DNA of 60,955 nucleotides from a virus (taxonomy: Duplodnaviria > Caudoviricetes). The notes below the pieces were generated by a model that was given only the letters and a program-made list of their open reading frames with translations, was not told the origin of the DNA and searched no databases. A program made the position numbers and the translations under genes. Of the stretch, positions 38,714 to 49,150 are shown piece by piece. The DNA lies in IMG/VR virus record IMGVR_UViG_3300037634_004666, positions 1 through 60,955 of that record, one strand, 5' to 3'. Every line of letters begins with the position of its first letter. The stretch's first letter is position 1.

Positions 38714-39916
38714 TTATATTACTATTTCCATTATCACTGCGTGAGCCTTGCCTTTATTAGCACTCTTCGCATTATATGCAGCTAAAGACTTATCTATATC
38801 ATACCCGCTGTCTATTGGTGTATTTTGTAAATCTATTTTAATTCCATCCCTATTCCCATCCTCGTAGAATATATAACAATTCTGAGACGCTCTACTACTT
38901 AAATTTAAACCTTTATCACTATAATCATTAGCTCCCGCCAAGCTAGCGGAACGACTATAATTATCCCCGATTGATGCGGAATGTACATGGCCCATGATAA
39001 CATAGTCAACTGTAACTCCTTTCATACTGTATCTACCTATAACTTGATTTATAGACTTTTCTAAAGCTGCATGTCTTATAGAGCAGTTACCATGCATTAA
39101 TAACAGATTCTGACCTGCTACTTTAACTACTAATTCAGTAGGGTCACCCTCTACAAAATTAATAATTGAATCTTTTAATACATATTTTAATATATTAAAG
39201 ATTGTAAAGTCATAGTTATCTGTAGCCATAATTGGACTCCAGCCTGACTCTTTATTAATTCTACCTTCATTACCAGTAACACAAGCTACAGTAACGTTAA
39301 AGTCACTATCTAAATCTCTTAATGCTTGTTGCATTATATCTACAGCTAAGAATGTAGCCTGAGAACGATTTGTAGCCTCGTTTAATAGTTCATCTAACCT
39401 TCTATCAGAGTTCATGAGATCTCCCGTTAGAGCTACCAATACGTTCGTTATTTTATGCATAGTAAAGTATTTAGTAGCTTTAGTGATTAAATGTCTTAAT
39501 CTAGCTGATGCAATACTAAAATCATACTTATTATCTTGTAAATTAATTAATTCATTAAAATGAATATCAGATAGCTGGATTACACCTACAGCTTTATTAT
39601 TTGTTTTAAATTTATTAGAAGAAGAGCTTAGTTTATTATTAGAAAAAACTTTAACTAATTCTTTCGTATATTCTTCTATAGCGTTTTCAACTCTAGCATG
39701 TTCCCTGAAAGATTTATTAGCTATTCGACTTTTGTCTTGTAAAGCTTGTTTTTGTTTAGCCAATCTTACATTTTCAGATATAATATCATCATCTTCACTA
39801 ATTACTCTTGAGTGTTCATTACAACCTATACAAATGTATTTTTGAACTGTCAAGTTATCCTTGTTTACCCATGTTCCATTACGAACCATTGGTTCACCGC
39901 ATGATAAGCATTCCAT
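38714..39916 (-). CDS. Calcineurin-like metallophosphoesterase with an N-terminal Zn ribbon
   Basis: LSDIH, GDL, GNEG, MHG, GHVH; CLSC...CIGC. Confidence 0.85.
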   Translation of the reverse strand: MECLSCGEPMVRNGTWVNKDNLTVQKYICIGCNEHSRVISEDDDIISENVRLAKQKQALQDKSRIANKSFREHARVENAIEEYTKELVKVFSNNKLSSSSNKFKTNNKAVGVIQLSDIHFNELINLQDNKYDFSIASARLRHLITKATKYFTMHKITNVLVALTGDLMNSDRRLDELLNEATNRSQATFLAVDIMQQALRDLDSDFNVTVACVTGNEGRINKESGWSPIMATDNYDFTIFNILKYVLKDSIINFVEGDPTELVVKVAGQNLLLMHGNCSIRHAALEKSINQVIGRYSMKGVTVDYVIMGHVHSASIGDNYSRSASLAGANDYSDKGLNLSSRASQNCYIFYEDGNRDGIKIDLQNTPIDSGYDIDKSLAAYNAKSANKGKAHAVIMEIVI

Positions 39917-39930
39917 ATATAGCCTTTTTT

Positions 39931-40116
39931 TTATTTTATAGCTTTGGCCTCTTTTAGCGTTTTATACGTACTTGCGCATATCTTAGCTATTATAGCTATA
40001 GATGTAAAAGCCCTAAGCCAGAAAGGTATAAACTCTAAATAAGTAACACCTATACCTCCTACTCCTAATGCTACTTTACTAATGGTTGTATCCATCACTT
40101 CTTTAATTATTTCCAT
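39931..40116 (-). CDS. Small membrane protein (holin-like)
   Basis: Hydrophobic; next to the endolysin candidate. Confidence 0.5.
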   Translation of the reverse strand: MEIIKEVMDTTISKVALGVGGIGVTYLEFIPFWLRAFTSIAIIAKICASTYKTLKEAKAIK

Positions 40117-40118
40117 TA

Positions 40119-40565
40119 TTACAATCCCTTATTTGCCTCTAGAAAGTGTTTTACTGTACCTCTTCCTAGTTCAGTGTTATATACCCGTTTCCAATATTCC
40201 GCCATAGCTGCCTTATTTCCCATATCAGGTAACTTATTCGGATCTCTTTTATACTGCAGTCTTGCGAATGCAACTTGTAATGCTATAGAAGCCATTACAG
40301 AGCCAGACATATTTGACTCGTCAAAGCCTAAAGACCATAAATCAGTCTTTATCTCTGGTCTATAAAATACATAATTATCCCATACATCTGCAATAGTATT
40401 TGGCTCAACTTGGAAAAATCCTATAGCAGGCCCTCCTATCTGCTCTAAGACTCTATATCCTGACTCGGCATTTCCTGTTGCAAAGATTAAAGCTCTAGCC
40501 TCTTCTGAGTCCATCGCTAATTTTTTAAGTGTATACTTTATAATTTTTTTAATAGATTTTTTCAT
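40119..40565 (-). CDS. Putative endolysin (lysozyme-like fold)
   Basis: AESG catalytic Glu, GFFQVEP, YWKRVYNT..GRG. Confidence 0.65.
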   Translation of the reverse strand: MKKSIKKIIKYTLKKLAMDSEEARALIFATGNAESGYRVLEQIGGPAIGFFQVEPNTIADVWDNYVFYRPEIKTDLWSLGFDESNMSGSVMASIALQVAFARLQYKRDPNKLPDMGNKAAMAEYWKRVYNTELGRGTVKHFLEANKGL

Positions 40566-40574
40566 TTATTTCCT

Positions 40575-41264
40575 TTAAAAATTTGCTCCCATAAATACTG
40601 CATTATCATGATACTCTATAATTAAATGAGGATCAGAACCAGTACTTGAATACTCCTTATATCTAACTTCAAAGGCAGCAAAAGCTCCCCCCGCTGCTGT
40701 TGGAGTAAAAGTCCCTATATCGTAAAAACCACTAGCAGCTCCTATATAAAAATTAGTACCAAGCTTATCCTGCAAAGCTGCAATACCATCAGAATTAAAC
40801 ACAAACTCATGTAAAGTCCCTGATTCACTAGCTATAACATGAGGTGCTAATATAGTCCCTAAATTTGTTGATGATGTAAAAATATTACCATAGTCAGACT
40901 TATGTATAGCTAAAGATGTTGCTTCTGCTATTTTTACTTTTCTATGAAAAGTACTTGAACCAACTCCAATACTTTTCATCCAGAGGTGAAATGATGCAGA
41001 CTTTATTCTACCGCGCTGACGACCTAAATTAAATTTAAAATAAGACCTTGAGCATCTATAGCTATCCACGTTTCTAAAAAGATCTCTTATAGACTCAATT
41101 CCTGGATAAGTAATGCTTTCATCCTCACTTGAATTAACATAATCACCTGCTGTAGTTGCATCTCCTTTTGTAGAAGTCCAATCACCGCCAGATGATCCAG
41201 TATAGGCTAATTTATAGTGTACGAAAAGGTCATTAGCAGGATATATTGGTTCAGTGAATGACAT
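40575..41264 (-). CDS. Tail-associated beta-sandwich protein (DNRLRE-like)
   Basis: RSYFKFNL...IKSASFHLW...DPHLIIEY. Confidence 0.5.
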   Translation of the reverse strand: MSFTEPIYPANDLFVHYKLAYTGSSGGDWTSTKGDATTAGDYVNSSEDESITYPGIESIRDLFRNVDSYRCSRSYFKFNLGRQRGRIKSASFHLWMKSIGVGSSTFHRKVKIAEATSLAIHKSDYGNIFTSSTNLGTILAPHVIASESGTLHEFVFNSDGIAALQDKLGTNFYIGAASGFYDIGTFTPTAAGGAFAAFEVRYKEYSSTGSDPHLIIEYHDNAVFMGANF

Positions 41265-41817
41265 TATTTATAACCCTTGGAATATAATATCTTGAATCAA
41301 TTTTAGAATAATTATTAGGCTCTGGAGTTATATTTAAATATCCCCATGAGATATTATCGAAATTATATTTATTTTCTTTAGACTGTTCATTATTCCAATA
41401 TGTTATATGAGCATTATTATTAGCATGATCCATAGTAAATTCTTTTAATTTCATGAAATTATCATCTCCATAGGTATCTAAAAAGATACCATCATAAGCA
41501 CTTAGTTCAGAAGTATACCAGTCACCTTCTACTATTATAACATTATCCTTACCAATAACCCACTCCTTTAATTTTTCTATTATTTGAGGATGTATTTCTA
41601 CTATTGTATGCGAATTAACTCCTTGTGCCTGTATATAATCAGAACAAATCCCCATGCCAAATCCTATTTCAAGAATATCACCTTTACTTTGACAGATATA
41701 TTCCGCAGACTTCTCCATTATTGGAGCTTCCCAATCCATCATTACCTCTGTATATCTAACGGTATCTACGATTTTATTATCGTAAAACTTTAATAATCTG
41801 TCTTTAAAATCAGACAT
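41251..41817 (-). CDS. SAM-dependent methyltransferase, RMT2/guanidinoacetate-MT-like
   Basis: VMMDWEAPIM, ILEIGFGMGI, HTIVEIHP, DGIFLDTY. Confidence 0.8.
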   Translation of the reverse strand: MSDFKDRLLKFYDNKIVDTVRYTEVMMDWEAPIMEKSAEYICQSKGDILEIGFGMGICSDYIQAQGVNSHTIVEIHPQIIEKLKEWVIGKDNVIIVEGDWYTSELSAYDGIFLDTYGDDNFMKLKEFTMDHANNNAHITYWNNEQSKENKYNFDNISWGYLNITPEPNNYSKIDSRYYIPRVINNVIH

Positions 41818-44800
41818 TAGGTTTGAAAATCAAAACTAGTAATTCCATAAAAATCAGTACCATTATAATAAAATGATACAATATCTTCTCCTGAATCAGT
41901 TAAACCAGGCGCTTCACCCCCTGGCCATTTAATAGAGTTACTTTCTGCTGCCCAAGCAAGTGATGCCAATCCTCCATTAACAATCCTTAAGAGATAATTT
42001 CCTACTTTTGTATCAGTTTCATCTAATGTAATCGTCATTGTATTATTGGTAAGAGTAACAGCTTGTTTTTGGTTTGTAGAAAAATCTACTGTAAAATCAT
42101 CATCTTTAGAACCTAAACTTTGCTCCTCCTTAAACCCTGCACTTTGAATACCTATTATTTTATTATCATCAGCATCTAATGTAGCTGTTAAAGTGCTTGT
42201 TATATATGCCTGAAGGTCACTTATATCACTTTCAATTATTGCATCAACAGTAATTGCTTGTCCATTAAGAGATATATAACTTCCAGCACCTGACATTGTA
42301 ACAGCTGTTGAATTATCTGTCCCTGCATCGTCTTTAGCATCGTTTAAAGCTGTTCTAGTTTCTAATTTATTAAAAGCCTCTAATATTGTATCGTCAGCTG
42401 CAATAGCTCCACTAGCACCTGTAGCTAGATTTGTTAAGACCTTTGCTGTAACGCCTGTATCACTAAGCTGGGTATCAGTATGAGTAGCCGCTCCAGTATG
42501 GGTAGTTATTAAATCATCAATAGCTTGATCAATAGATTGACCATTTACTAGCTCAGCTGTAATAACATCTTCTACCTCTGATTCACTGAGACCTCCGCTA
42601 CTTGCAACCCATGAAAGAGTACCACTGCTATTTGATTGTAAAAATTTATCACTTGAGGGAGCAGCCGGTGGGAGCGTTAAAGTATATGAAGTTGTTACTG
42701 TAGGGCATTTTAAGGCTACACAGTTGTCACTTGTATTTCGCCCATCATATAACATGATTCTAGAGTCGATGTCTGGATTACCTAATTCTTGTTTAAATAT
42801 TTCTAACCGTCCTCTTAATTGGGTTCTTTCAAGGTTAAGATTAAATAAATCATGATCCTCATTATAAGCAGCAGAATACATACGGACTCCACCGGAAAAT
42901 CCAAGATTAATAAAACCGTTAGGACTTTCCTGTCTAGTATAATAATCACCTGCCCCACCCTGATATGAATTTATATGTACATTTCCTTTTCTCCCATATA
43001 TACCCATAATACTCTCTACAGTGGCTTTCTCCCCTGCCCCAAGTTGAATACCCACAGTAGCATTGGTATCATAAACTGCATCCCAATTTCCATAACTATA
43101 TGTTTGAGGAATTATTTGTAAGAATGCCGATAGATTTTCACCGGACACAATACTATCTTTCCAATCATCAGAAAAAATTTCAGGAAATCTACCGTTATTA
43201 TCAAAAAAAGCACCACTAAAAGATGCATCTGTAATATGTTCATTAATTTTTAATACTGCTCGTGTTTTTGTAGTAGTATTAGTGGTATAATTATCTTCAT
43301 TTAAGTTAGCATTAGCTCCTCTATCCCAATGAAAAATAATCCCTTCAGATTGAGAATCTTCCTTTCCTAAAATTAAAGAACCGCTTTCTATAGTTAGATT
43401 AGTTGTACTATCTCCACTTAAAGTAAGGTTTGTACTTATATCCCCACTTCCATTTATATCTAAATCTGAAGATATTAAAGAATTAGAAGTATTAGTTCCA
43501 ACTATAGTAAGATTGTTTGTTAGATCCCAAGTATCATCAGAGTCATCAAAAATCAAGGAAGCTTGAGTTACACCATCTCCTCTGTAAATACTAATACCAC
43601 TTGTTGGTTCAGTAGCTGTATTAGGACTACCTTGAGTTGTGTTAAGTTGGAGTATATTGTCTTCTACTTCTACAGTAGTAGTATTTATAGTAGTAGTTGT
43701 ACCACTTACAGTAAGATCACCTCCAACAGTTAGAGCTGCAGAGACTGCAACTGTATCAGACGTAAGTTCAATAGTTGCCCCAGTTTTGGGGGCTGAAATT
43801 GTTAATTTATTGTCAGCTCCAGTTGGAGATTGTATAAAAGCTGTATCTGAATCGCCAACAGCGTCAAACTCTAATTTTTTATCCTTAGATATTGCACTAT
43901 TGTTAGTTAATTTGATGCCAGCAAATGAAGGGATTGAAGTAGTAGCTATATCTTGCTCTAAGCCTAGTTTTATTAAGTGTAGTTCGCTTGCATAATCTAC
44001 ATCATTATAATCATAATCCTTTAAAATATTAGCAGATATTTGATTATCTGTTCCTCTGAATTGAAGTAAACCACCATGCTCTACCCACTTTAATCCATCG
44101 CCACCAAGTGCGACTCTTATTGCAAAAGATGTCATTACTCTAGAAACCGATATATTTATACTGGAAGTATTATCAGCAGCTAAAACAGTTGTAAATGTAG
44201 TAGCGTCTAGGATGCTTGTAATTGAGGTACCGGGTACCCCTGTTCTAAATGTTCCACTATTAAATACTACATAAGCTCCAACCTCATAATTTTCGGTGCT
44301 AGCTACCGTGATAGTAGTAGAGCCATCTTCTATTGCAGCAGAAACCTCTATCATATTAGCAGAGTTAGGCTTATACCACGGGGATTGAAATTGGTCTGTA
44401 TCTACAACTTCATCAGTCTTTGAAGCTTGAAGATTATAACTTATACCTTCATCAGAAATAGAGGAAGATACATTTCTTAAAACAGCTAATGTAGTGCTTA
44501 AGTTTTCAGTTATAAATGTACCTTTAAATGGACTAGTAGAATCATTTACAACGACTATACCTTGATTTACAAGTCCATGAATCGTAGGCGTATTCCCATA
44601 TAAATTGGAGCCGGTGCCTTTGCCACTAAATATAACATCATATTTATGAGCCTCAACTAGATTGTCATTTTCATCTAATACTTTTACATCATCAATAAGG
44701 GTGCGTTCAGTGCCCATTGTAATAGTTGCAGTTGCTCCTGAACCTGAATTACTGTAATCTATAATCTGTAAATCAAGACTTATTAACTCAGATCCGTAAT

Positions 44801-45239
44801 GACCAGCATTAGTTATAGCTATACTAGTTATTTTTCCATCTTCAATAGTTGGAGTAAATTGAGCAGGGGTATGTGCGAAAGCACCTATTCCAACAGGGGC
44901 ATCAGTTGTAGTTTTTAGAGCAGCATATGGTAAAGTTACTTGAGTAGCATTACTATTATAATTGTCCCCTTCATCAGTAACAGTTACCGATGTTATCATT
45001 GTACCAGATATAGCAGGGTTTTCAGTGTCATACCTCCAAGCGAAAGCACCAAGAGTTCCATAAGTATAGTTGTCTCCACCTATAGCGATTCTTGACATAG
45101 ATATTTCACCACCAACGTCAATACCTGACCATTCTAAGGTAGATCCGTTATATTTTAAATATTTCCCACTTACAGGATTGTCTGTTAAATCATCAGCATC
45201 TACATTTCCTGAACGTAATAACTTATGCCACTCACCCAT
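41817..45239 (-). CDS. Tail fibre protein
   Basis: T/S/G-rich; fibre motifs (LTVGGDLTVSGTTTTINTT, YTLTLP...LQSNSSGTLSW, IKWPGG...DIVSFY). Confidence 0.8.
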   Translation of the reverse strand: MGEWHKLLRSGNVDADDLTDNPVSGKYLKYNGSTLEWSGIDVGGEISMSRIAIGGDNYTYGTLGAFAWRYDTENPAISGTMITSVTVTDEGDNYNSNATQVTLPYAALKTTTDAPVGIGAFAHTPAQFTPTIEDGKITSIAITNAGHYGSELISLDLQIIDYSNSGSGATATITMGTERTLIDDVKVLDENDNLVEAHKYDVIFSGKGTGSNLYGNTPTIHGLVNQGIVVVNDSTSPFKGTFITENLSTTLAVLRNVSSSISDEGISYNLQASKTDEVVDTDQFQSPWYKPNSANMIEVSAAIEDGSTTITVASTENYEVGAYVVFNSGTFRTGVPGTSITSILDATTFTTVLAADNTSSINISVSRVMTSFAIRVALGGDGLKWVEHGGLLQFRGTDNQISANILKDYDYNDVDYASELHLIKLGLEQDIATTSIPSFAGIKLTNNSAISKDKKLEFDAVGDSDTAFIQSPTGADNKLTISAPKTGATIELTSDTVAVSAALTVGGDLTVSGTTTTINTTTVEVEDNILQLNTTQGSPNTATEPTSGISIYRGDGVTQASLIFDDSDDTWDLTNNLTIVGTNTSNSLISSDLDINGSGDISTNLTLSGDSTTNLTIESGSLILGKEDSQSEGIIFHWDRGANANLNEDNYTTNTTTKTRAVLKINEHITDASFSGAFFDNNGRFPEIFSDDWKDSIVSGENLSAFLQIIPQTYSYGNWDAVYDTNATVGIQLGAGEKATVESIMGIYGRKGNVHINSYQGGAGDYYTRQESPNGFINLGFSGGVRMYSAAYNEDHDLFNLNLERTQLRGRLEIFKQELGNPDIDSRIMLYDGRNTSDNCVALKCPTVTTSYTLTLPPAAPSSDKFLQSNSSGTLSWVASSGGLSESEVEDVITAELVNGQSIDQAIDDLITTHTGAATHTDTQLSDTGVTAKVLTNLATGASGAIAADDTILEAFNKLETRTALNDAKDDAGTDNSTAVTMSGAGSYISLNGQAITVDAIIESDISDLQAYITSTLTATLDADDNKIIGIQSAGFKEEQSLGSKDDDFTVDFSTNQKQAVTLTNNTMTITLDETDTKVGNYLLRIVNGGLASLAWAAESNSIKWPGGEAPGLTDSGEDIVSFYYNGTDFYGITSFDFQT

Positions 45240-45241
45240 TG

Positions 45242-45409
45242 TTATTTAGCCTCTTTTTTCACAGGCTTTAACTCTGTAGATTTCTCCTCTTCTTGTCCTA
45301 TTTGGTGAAGTTTATTTATTAAGCCAGCCATTCCTAAGATTTCTTCTCCCTTGAAATCAGACCTACCTATTATTTGTAATATTGCATTTATCTCTTGTTT
45401 TGTTAACAT
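45242..45409 (-). CDS. Small protein (55 aa), possible fibre chaperone
   Basis: TAATG coupling; MLTKQEINAILQIIGRSDFKGEEI... Confidence 0.65.
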   Translation of the reverse strand: MLTKQEINAILQIIGRSDFKGEEILGMAGLINKLHQIGQEEEKSTELKPVKKEAK

Positions 45410-45609
45410 TATATCCCTTTTATTATATTACTTTTATTTAATAAAAACTCATGAAAAGCTTCGAGTTTATGCATAGTTGTATATGCTTGATGAATTTCAA
45501 CCCCACTTAATTGCGCTCTATTAATCGCAGAAATGATAAAGCTTGTATCTTTAACACTAAGTGCAATTTCGTTTTTTTGAGGCTTAACCCTCTCTTCAAT
45601 AACTCCCAT
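45409..45609 (-). CDS. Small protein, possible fibre chaperone
   Basis: AGGAGG SD; resembles its neighbour. Confidence 0.65.
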   Translation of the reverse strand: MGVIEERVKPQKNEIALSVKDTSFIISAINRAQLSGVEIHQAYTTMHKLEAFHEFLLNKSNIIKGI

Positions 45610-45650
45610 TAGAGTCCTCCTATTTGTTAGTTAAAAATTTATAATACAGA

Positions 45651-47393
45651 TTAAGGTATCCAGATATATGGGTCTCCTAAACTATCACAAGCTATCACAT
45701 TATGAGTCTTATTGGTATCATTAAGTGCAGTGGAAGTTAATGACCCACTTTGCTTCTCTAAATAATATGCATCTGCATGAATAGGTTGAAAATTAGTTAC
45801 TGGTGCGGCAGTGTCTTGACCTGTAACTGAAGGGTAAGAGCCAGCTATAGTCGCACCTTCTCCAAATTCAAATATACTAGATCCACTATTAAATACAAAT
45901 CTTCCAACACCAGCTTCACTATCAGCTGCTCCTGATGAAGTCATAACTATAGTTGGAGTTGTAGTAGCTCCATAACCTCCACCTGAATTTGCAGTATTAA
46001 TATGGAAAACATCATCTTGGATAGCTGTATTTGTTGAATCAATAATAATTGCAGAGCCTTCAAATTGAACACCTTGATTGAATGTCAGTACAGCAAGATC
46101 GGGGGCTGTTGTATACAGAGTAGTATTCCCAGCTAATACCTGAGTAGCAGAAGTATCTTCCCATTCTTGTACTGTTAATGAAAGATCAGCCATGACAGTG
46201 CTATTTATTGTAGTAGTTGATTCTACTGCAAATACAACTGTAATATTATCACTATCTACAGCATATAAAGTATCCCCAGCTGTAAAAGTAGCATTAGCCC
46301 CACTGTTATTAGTAACATCATAAGTAGTCGGCGTTGTACTTGGAGCTGTTCTAGATATGGTTGTTCCGCCGTCAGCTTTAATATCATAACCTGTATCGGG
46401 AGAACCATCTTGAATTGTCATAGCTCCATTAGCTAAGGATGCAGAGCTTCCATTATGGTCAAAATCACCACCTAATGAAAGATTTCCAGCCATAGTTAAA
46501 TCATTCACTCCGATAATATCACCGGCTGTTGCATTATCATAATTCATATCTAAGTCACCAGCAACTTGTAAATCACCATCAGTTGTTAAATTAAATCCAA
46601 ATTTACCAGTGGAAGTGGTTTCTATTAGGCCACTTGTATATAGTGCTCCTGCAACGCCTAATCCTCCAAGTATTTTAATAGCCGCAGCATTATATGCAGT
46701 TGTAGCAGTAGTAGTATCGTTAAATAACACTGCTCCATCGACAGCTAAAGTCCCGCCTATAGCTGTATTACCACTTGCATCGAGTACTGTAAAATTATCG
46801 GCTGTAATACCAGCCTCCGCTGTAAGGAGTCCTGAAAAAGTCCCAGATGTAGAGTTAAGAATTTGAGTCGTAGTATCTCCATTCCCCATCACTTTAAACG
46901 ATTCATTATTTACATCAAGAGCTATATTGGAATTAGTAGATTCGCTTAATACAATATTTTTAGAGCTTAATTGCCCCTCACCAGCATTTATACTCTTGCC
47001 AGTAGTGGAAAAAATATCAGTGGCAAATGTTAACTTACTATTACCTACTGTATAATTGCCAGTAGCAATAGGAATAGTACCATCTGTCATTGTGCTTGGT
47101 GTTCCAGGTATATCTTCCACTAAAACAGAATGCGATTCTGAGCCTCTGCCCCAATATAATTGACCTGTTTCTGCTCCCTCAACAGTACCATCTCCTCTTT
47201 TTAGAACTAGATTAGAGGTATCTGAAACGTTTGCAAAAACACCCGTAGTATCTACCGTTACATCTCCTAAGGCACCACCATCGTTATTTGAATTATAATA
47301 ACTTGGACTTAAATCTACATCTTTTACTCCTTTTTGAGTAGCATCATCAGTTCCACTTTTGTTTGAATATAATATTTTTTTCCAATCACCCAT
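45651..47393 (-). CDS. Tail fibre protein
   Basis: G/T/S-rich beta repeats; N-terminus resembles that of 41817..45239. Confidence 0.75.
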   Translation of the reverse strand: MGDWKKILYSNKSGTDDATQKGVKDVDLSPSYYNSNNDGGALGDVTVDTTGVFANVSDTSNLVLKRGDGTVEGAETGQLYWGRGSESHSVLVEDIPGTPSTMTDGTIPIATGNYTVGNSKLTFATDIFSTTGKSINAGEGQLSSKNIVLSESTNSNIALDVNNESFKVMGNGDTTTQILNSTSGTFSGLLTAEAGITADNFTVLDASGNTAIGGTLAVDGAVLFNDTTTATTAYNAAAIKILGGLGVAGALYTSGLIETTSTGKFGFNLTTDGDLQVAGDLDMNYDNATAGDIIGVNDLTMAGNLSLGGDFDHNGSSASLANGAMTIQDGSPDTGYDIKADGGTTISRTAPSTTPTTYDVTNNSGANATFTAGDTLYAVDSDNITVVFAVESTTTINSTVMADLSLTVQEWEDTSATQVLAGNTTLYTTAPDLAVLTFNQGVQFEGSAIIIDSTNTAIQDDVFHINTANSGGGYGATTTPTIVMTSSGAADSEAGVGRFVFNSGSSIFEFGEGATIAGSYPSVTGQDTAAPVTNFQPIHADAYYLEKQSGSLTSTALNDTNKTHNVIACDSLGDPYIWIP

Positions 47394-47414
47394 CTTACAA
47401 TCTCCTATTTAAAA

Positions 47415-48296
47415 TTAGAATAAATCACTTACTTTTGAATTTACAATAGCTTCGTAATCGGATTCTCTATTCGTATAGTCTCCATAATTCCCACCATTTA
47501 CTGTCTCATCAATTTTTTTTACTTTATACATTTGTTTGCCTATCATAGGCTTTAATACTTCTAAAAATTTTTCTGCATAATCTTTCCCATTATCTGAACC
47601 TGTAGCTTTGAAATTATATACGTTTCCTGCACCTACGAAAAATGGCTTATTGATATAAGCAGCAGGGTTTGCAGTTGTATCCCAATATTGTAAATTTACA
47701 CCATTAAACATAACTTTAGATGGATTTTTACGAATCATCATCTGTAGCCCAATAGGCAGTACATCTAAATTAGTTGTTGTAAAGTTTGTAGAAGAGTTTA
47801 ATGCTGTAGTTACAATAGCATTGTTTTCTTCAGCAATTATTTTATCTACCGCTCCTGTGATAGCTGGCAAATACACTCTGTCTGATATTCTAGATATTCC
47901 ATGAGTCGTTCCCTCTAGAAATAATTCATTAGCAATTTTTGAAAATTCTTTAATCTTTTTTGAACTTTTCTTTAACATACCAAAGGTATCTGTTTGATAT
48001 GTTGTACCACCATTTGAATTAGTAGCTTCTACCTTTACATCACTACCATCTACTCTAAACGGCCCAAGTATATCTTTAATAATACCATCGCCTGAAGAGT
48101 CTATAACAAATCGTTCACGTAAATCCCACGATGAACTACCCAATTGTTTTTCATATACTTTAATCAAATCAGTAGATATAGCGCCTGAATAATCTATTTC
48201 AAAATATTGAGTATCAGAATTGAATTTCATAATTGTATTTCCATCGGGATTACTTCCAGATGAAAAAGGTTTTATAACTTCAAAAGCTAACGCCAT
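47415..48296 (-). CDS. Structural protein, unknown function
   Basis: ORF in the virion block. Confidence 0.55.
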   Translation of the reverse strand: MALAFEVIKPFSSGSNPDGNTIMKFNSDTQYFEIDYSGAISTDLIKVYEKQLGSSSWDLRERFVIDSSGDGIIKDILGPFRVDGSDVKVEATNSNGGTTYQTDTFGMLKKSSKKIKEFSKIANELFLEGTTHGISRISDRVYLPAITGAVDKIIAEENNAIVTTALNSSTNFTTTNLDVLPIGLQMMIRKNPSKVMFNGVNLQYWDTTANPAAYINKPFFVGAGNVYNFKATGSDNGKDYAEKFLEVLKPMIGKQMYKVKKIDETVNGGNYGDYTNRESDYEAIVNSKVSDLF

Positions 48297-48299
48297 ATT

Positions 48300-48695
48300 T
48301 TACTCTCCTATTCCTAAATATAAATTGTTATCATAATAATATACACCGCCTTCTAATGCGGTAGATGTACTTAAATCACTATTAGGGAATTGGAATGCAC
48401 CCCCATTAGTAATGTGAAAAGCTTCATTAGTCGCGTTAGGTAAGTTAATACTTAATCTGTTATTAATACTATCAAAACCTATAGAAAAATCTTTATCCTT
48501 ACCAAAGTGCATATATTCGTTGTCTATTAAGTGGGCAGATACATTAAGTTGATTGATTAAGCCAGTTACTAAACTTGTCTGTGAACCTTCTGAGCCTATT
48601 ACAACTGTACTTTGTTGTGTTACCTCATCTTTTTTCTGCCATATAGTTGTTGTACCTGTAGCAGTACTGCTTTTTGGTTTCCAGACTGTACTCAT
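48300..48695 (-). CDS. Short fibre-like structural protein
   Basis: FGKDKDFSI...EGGVYYYDNNLYLG. Confidence 0.55.
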   Translation of the reverse strand: MSTVWKPKSSTATGTTTIWQKKDEVTQQSTVVIGSEGSQTSLVTGLINQLNVSAHLIDNEYMHFGKDKDFSIGFDSINNRLSINLPNATNEAFHITNGGAFQFPNSDLSTSTALEGGVYYYDNNLYLGIGE

Positions 48696-49150
48696 TATAC
48701 TATACCATGTCTACTAGGTTTAACTACTCTTGGTCCACCCATTCGAGAACCTGCAAATTGAGAAACTCTATCTCTAAATCTTTTCATATAATACTCTCTA
48801 ATTTGAAATTGTGCATGATCTTCAATTAATTGTCCTTTAATATAATCAACTACAGCTTGTATTAAAAAATCTGATATTTCAATATCTGATTGCCCTTGGG
48901 TTATCGTAGATAAATCTTGAACAAACGAATATTCAAACTGCAGGCCTTCTTCTAAGCCTATATCTCCAGTTAAAGCGTCATCATTATCATAGATAGAATC
49001 TTTCCACCCAAAAGGTGGTATATACTGTCCATGTGTTGAGGAACTTGAATCTCGATCTAATTGTAATATTACAACTTTTCTGCCTCTCATAAAATATGCA
49101 AATTCTTCATGTGGTTTATAGACATTATATGTATTATCTGTATGAGCCAT
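48695..49150 (-). CDS. Head-tail adaptor/ring protein-like
   Basis: QAVVDYIKG...EYYMKRF helical C-terminus. Confidence 0.5.
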   Translation of the reverse strand: MAHTDNTYNVYKPHEEFAYFMRGRKVVILQLDRDSSSSTHGQYIPPFGWKDSIYDNDDALTGDIGLEEGLQFEYSFVQDLSTITQGQSDIEISDFLIQAVVDYIKGQLIEDHAQFQIREYYMKRFRDRVSQFAGSRMGGPRVVKPSRHGIV

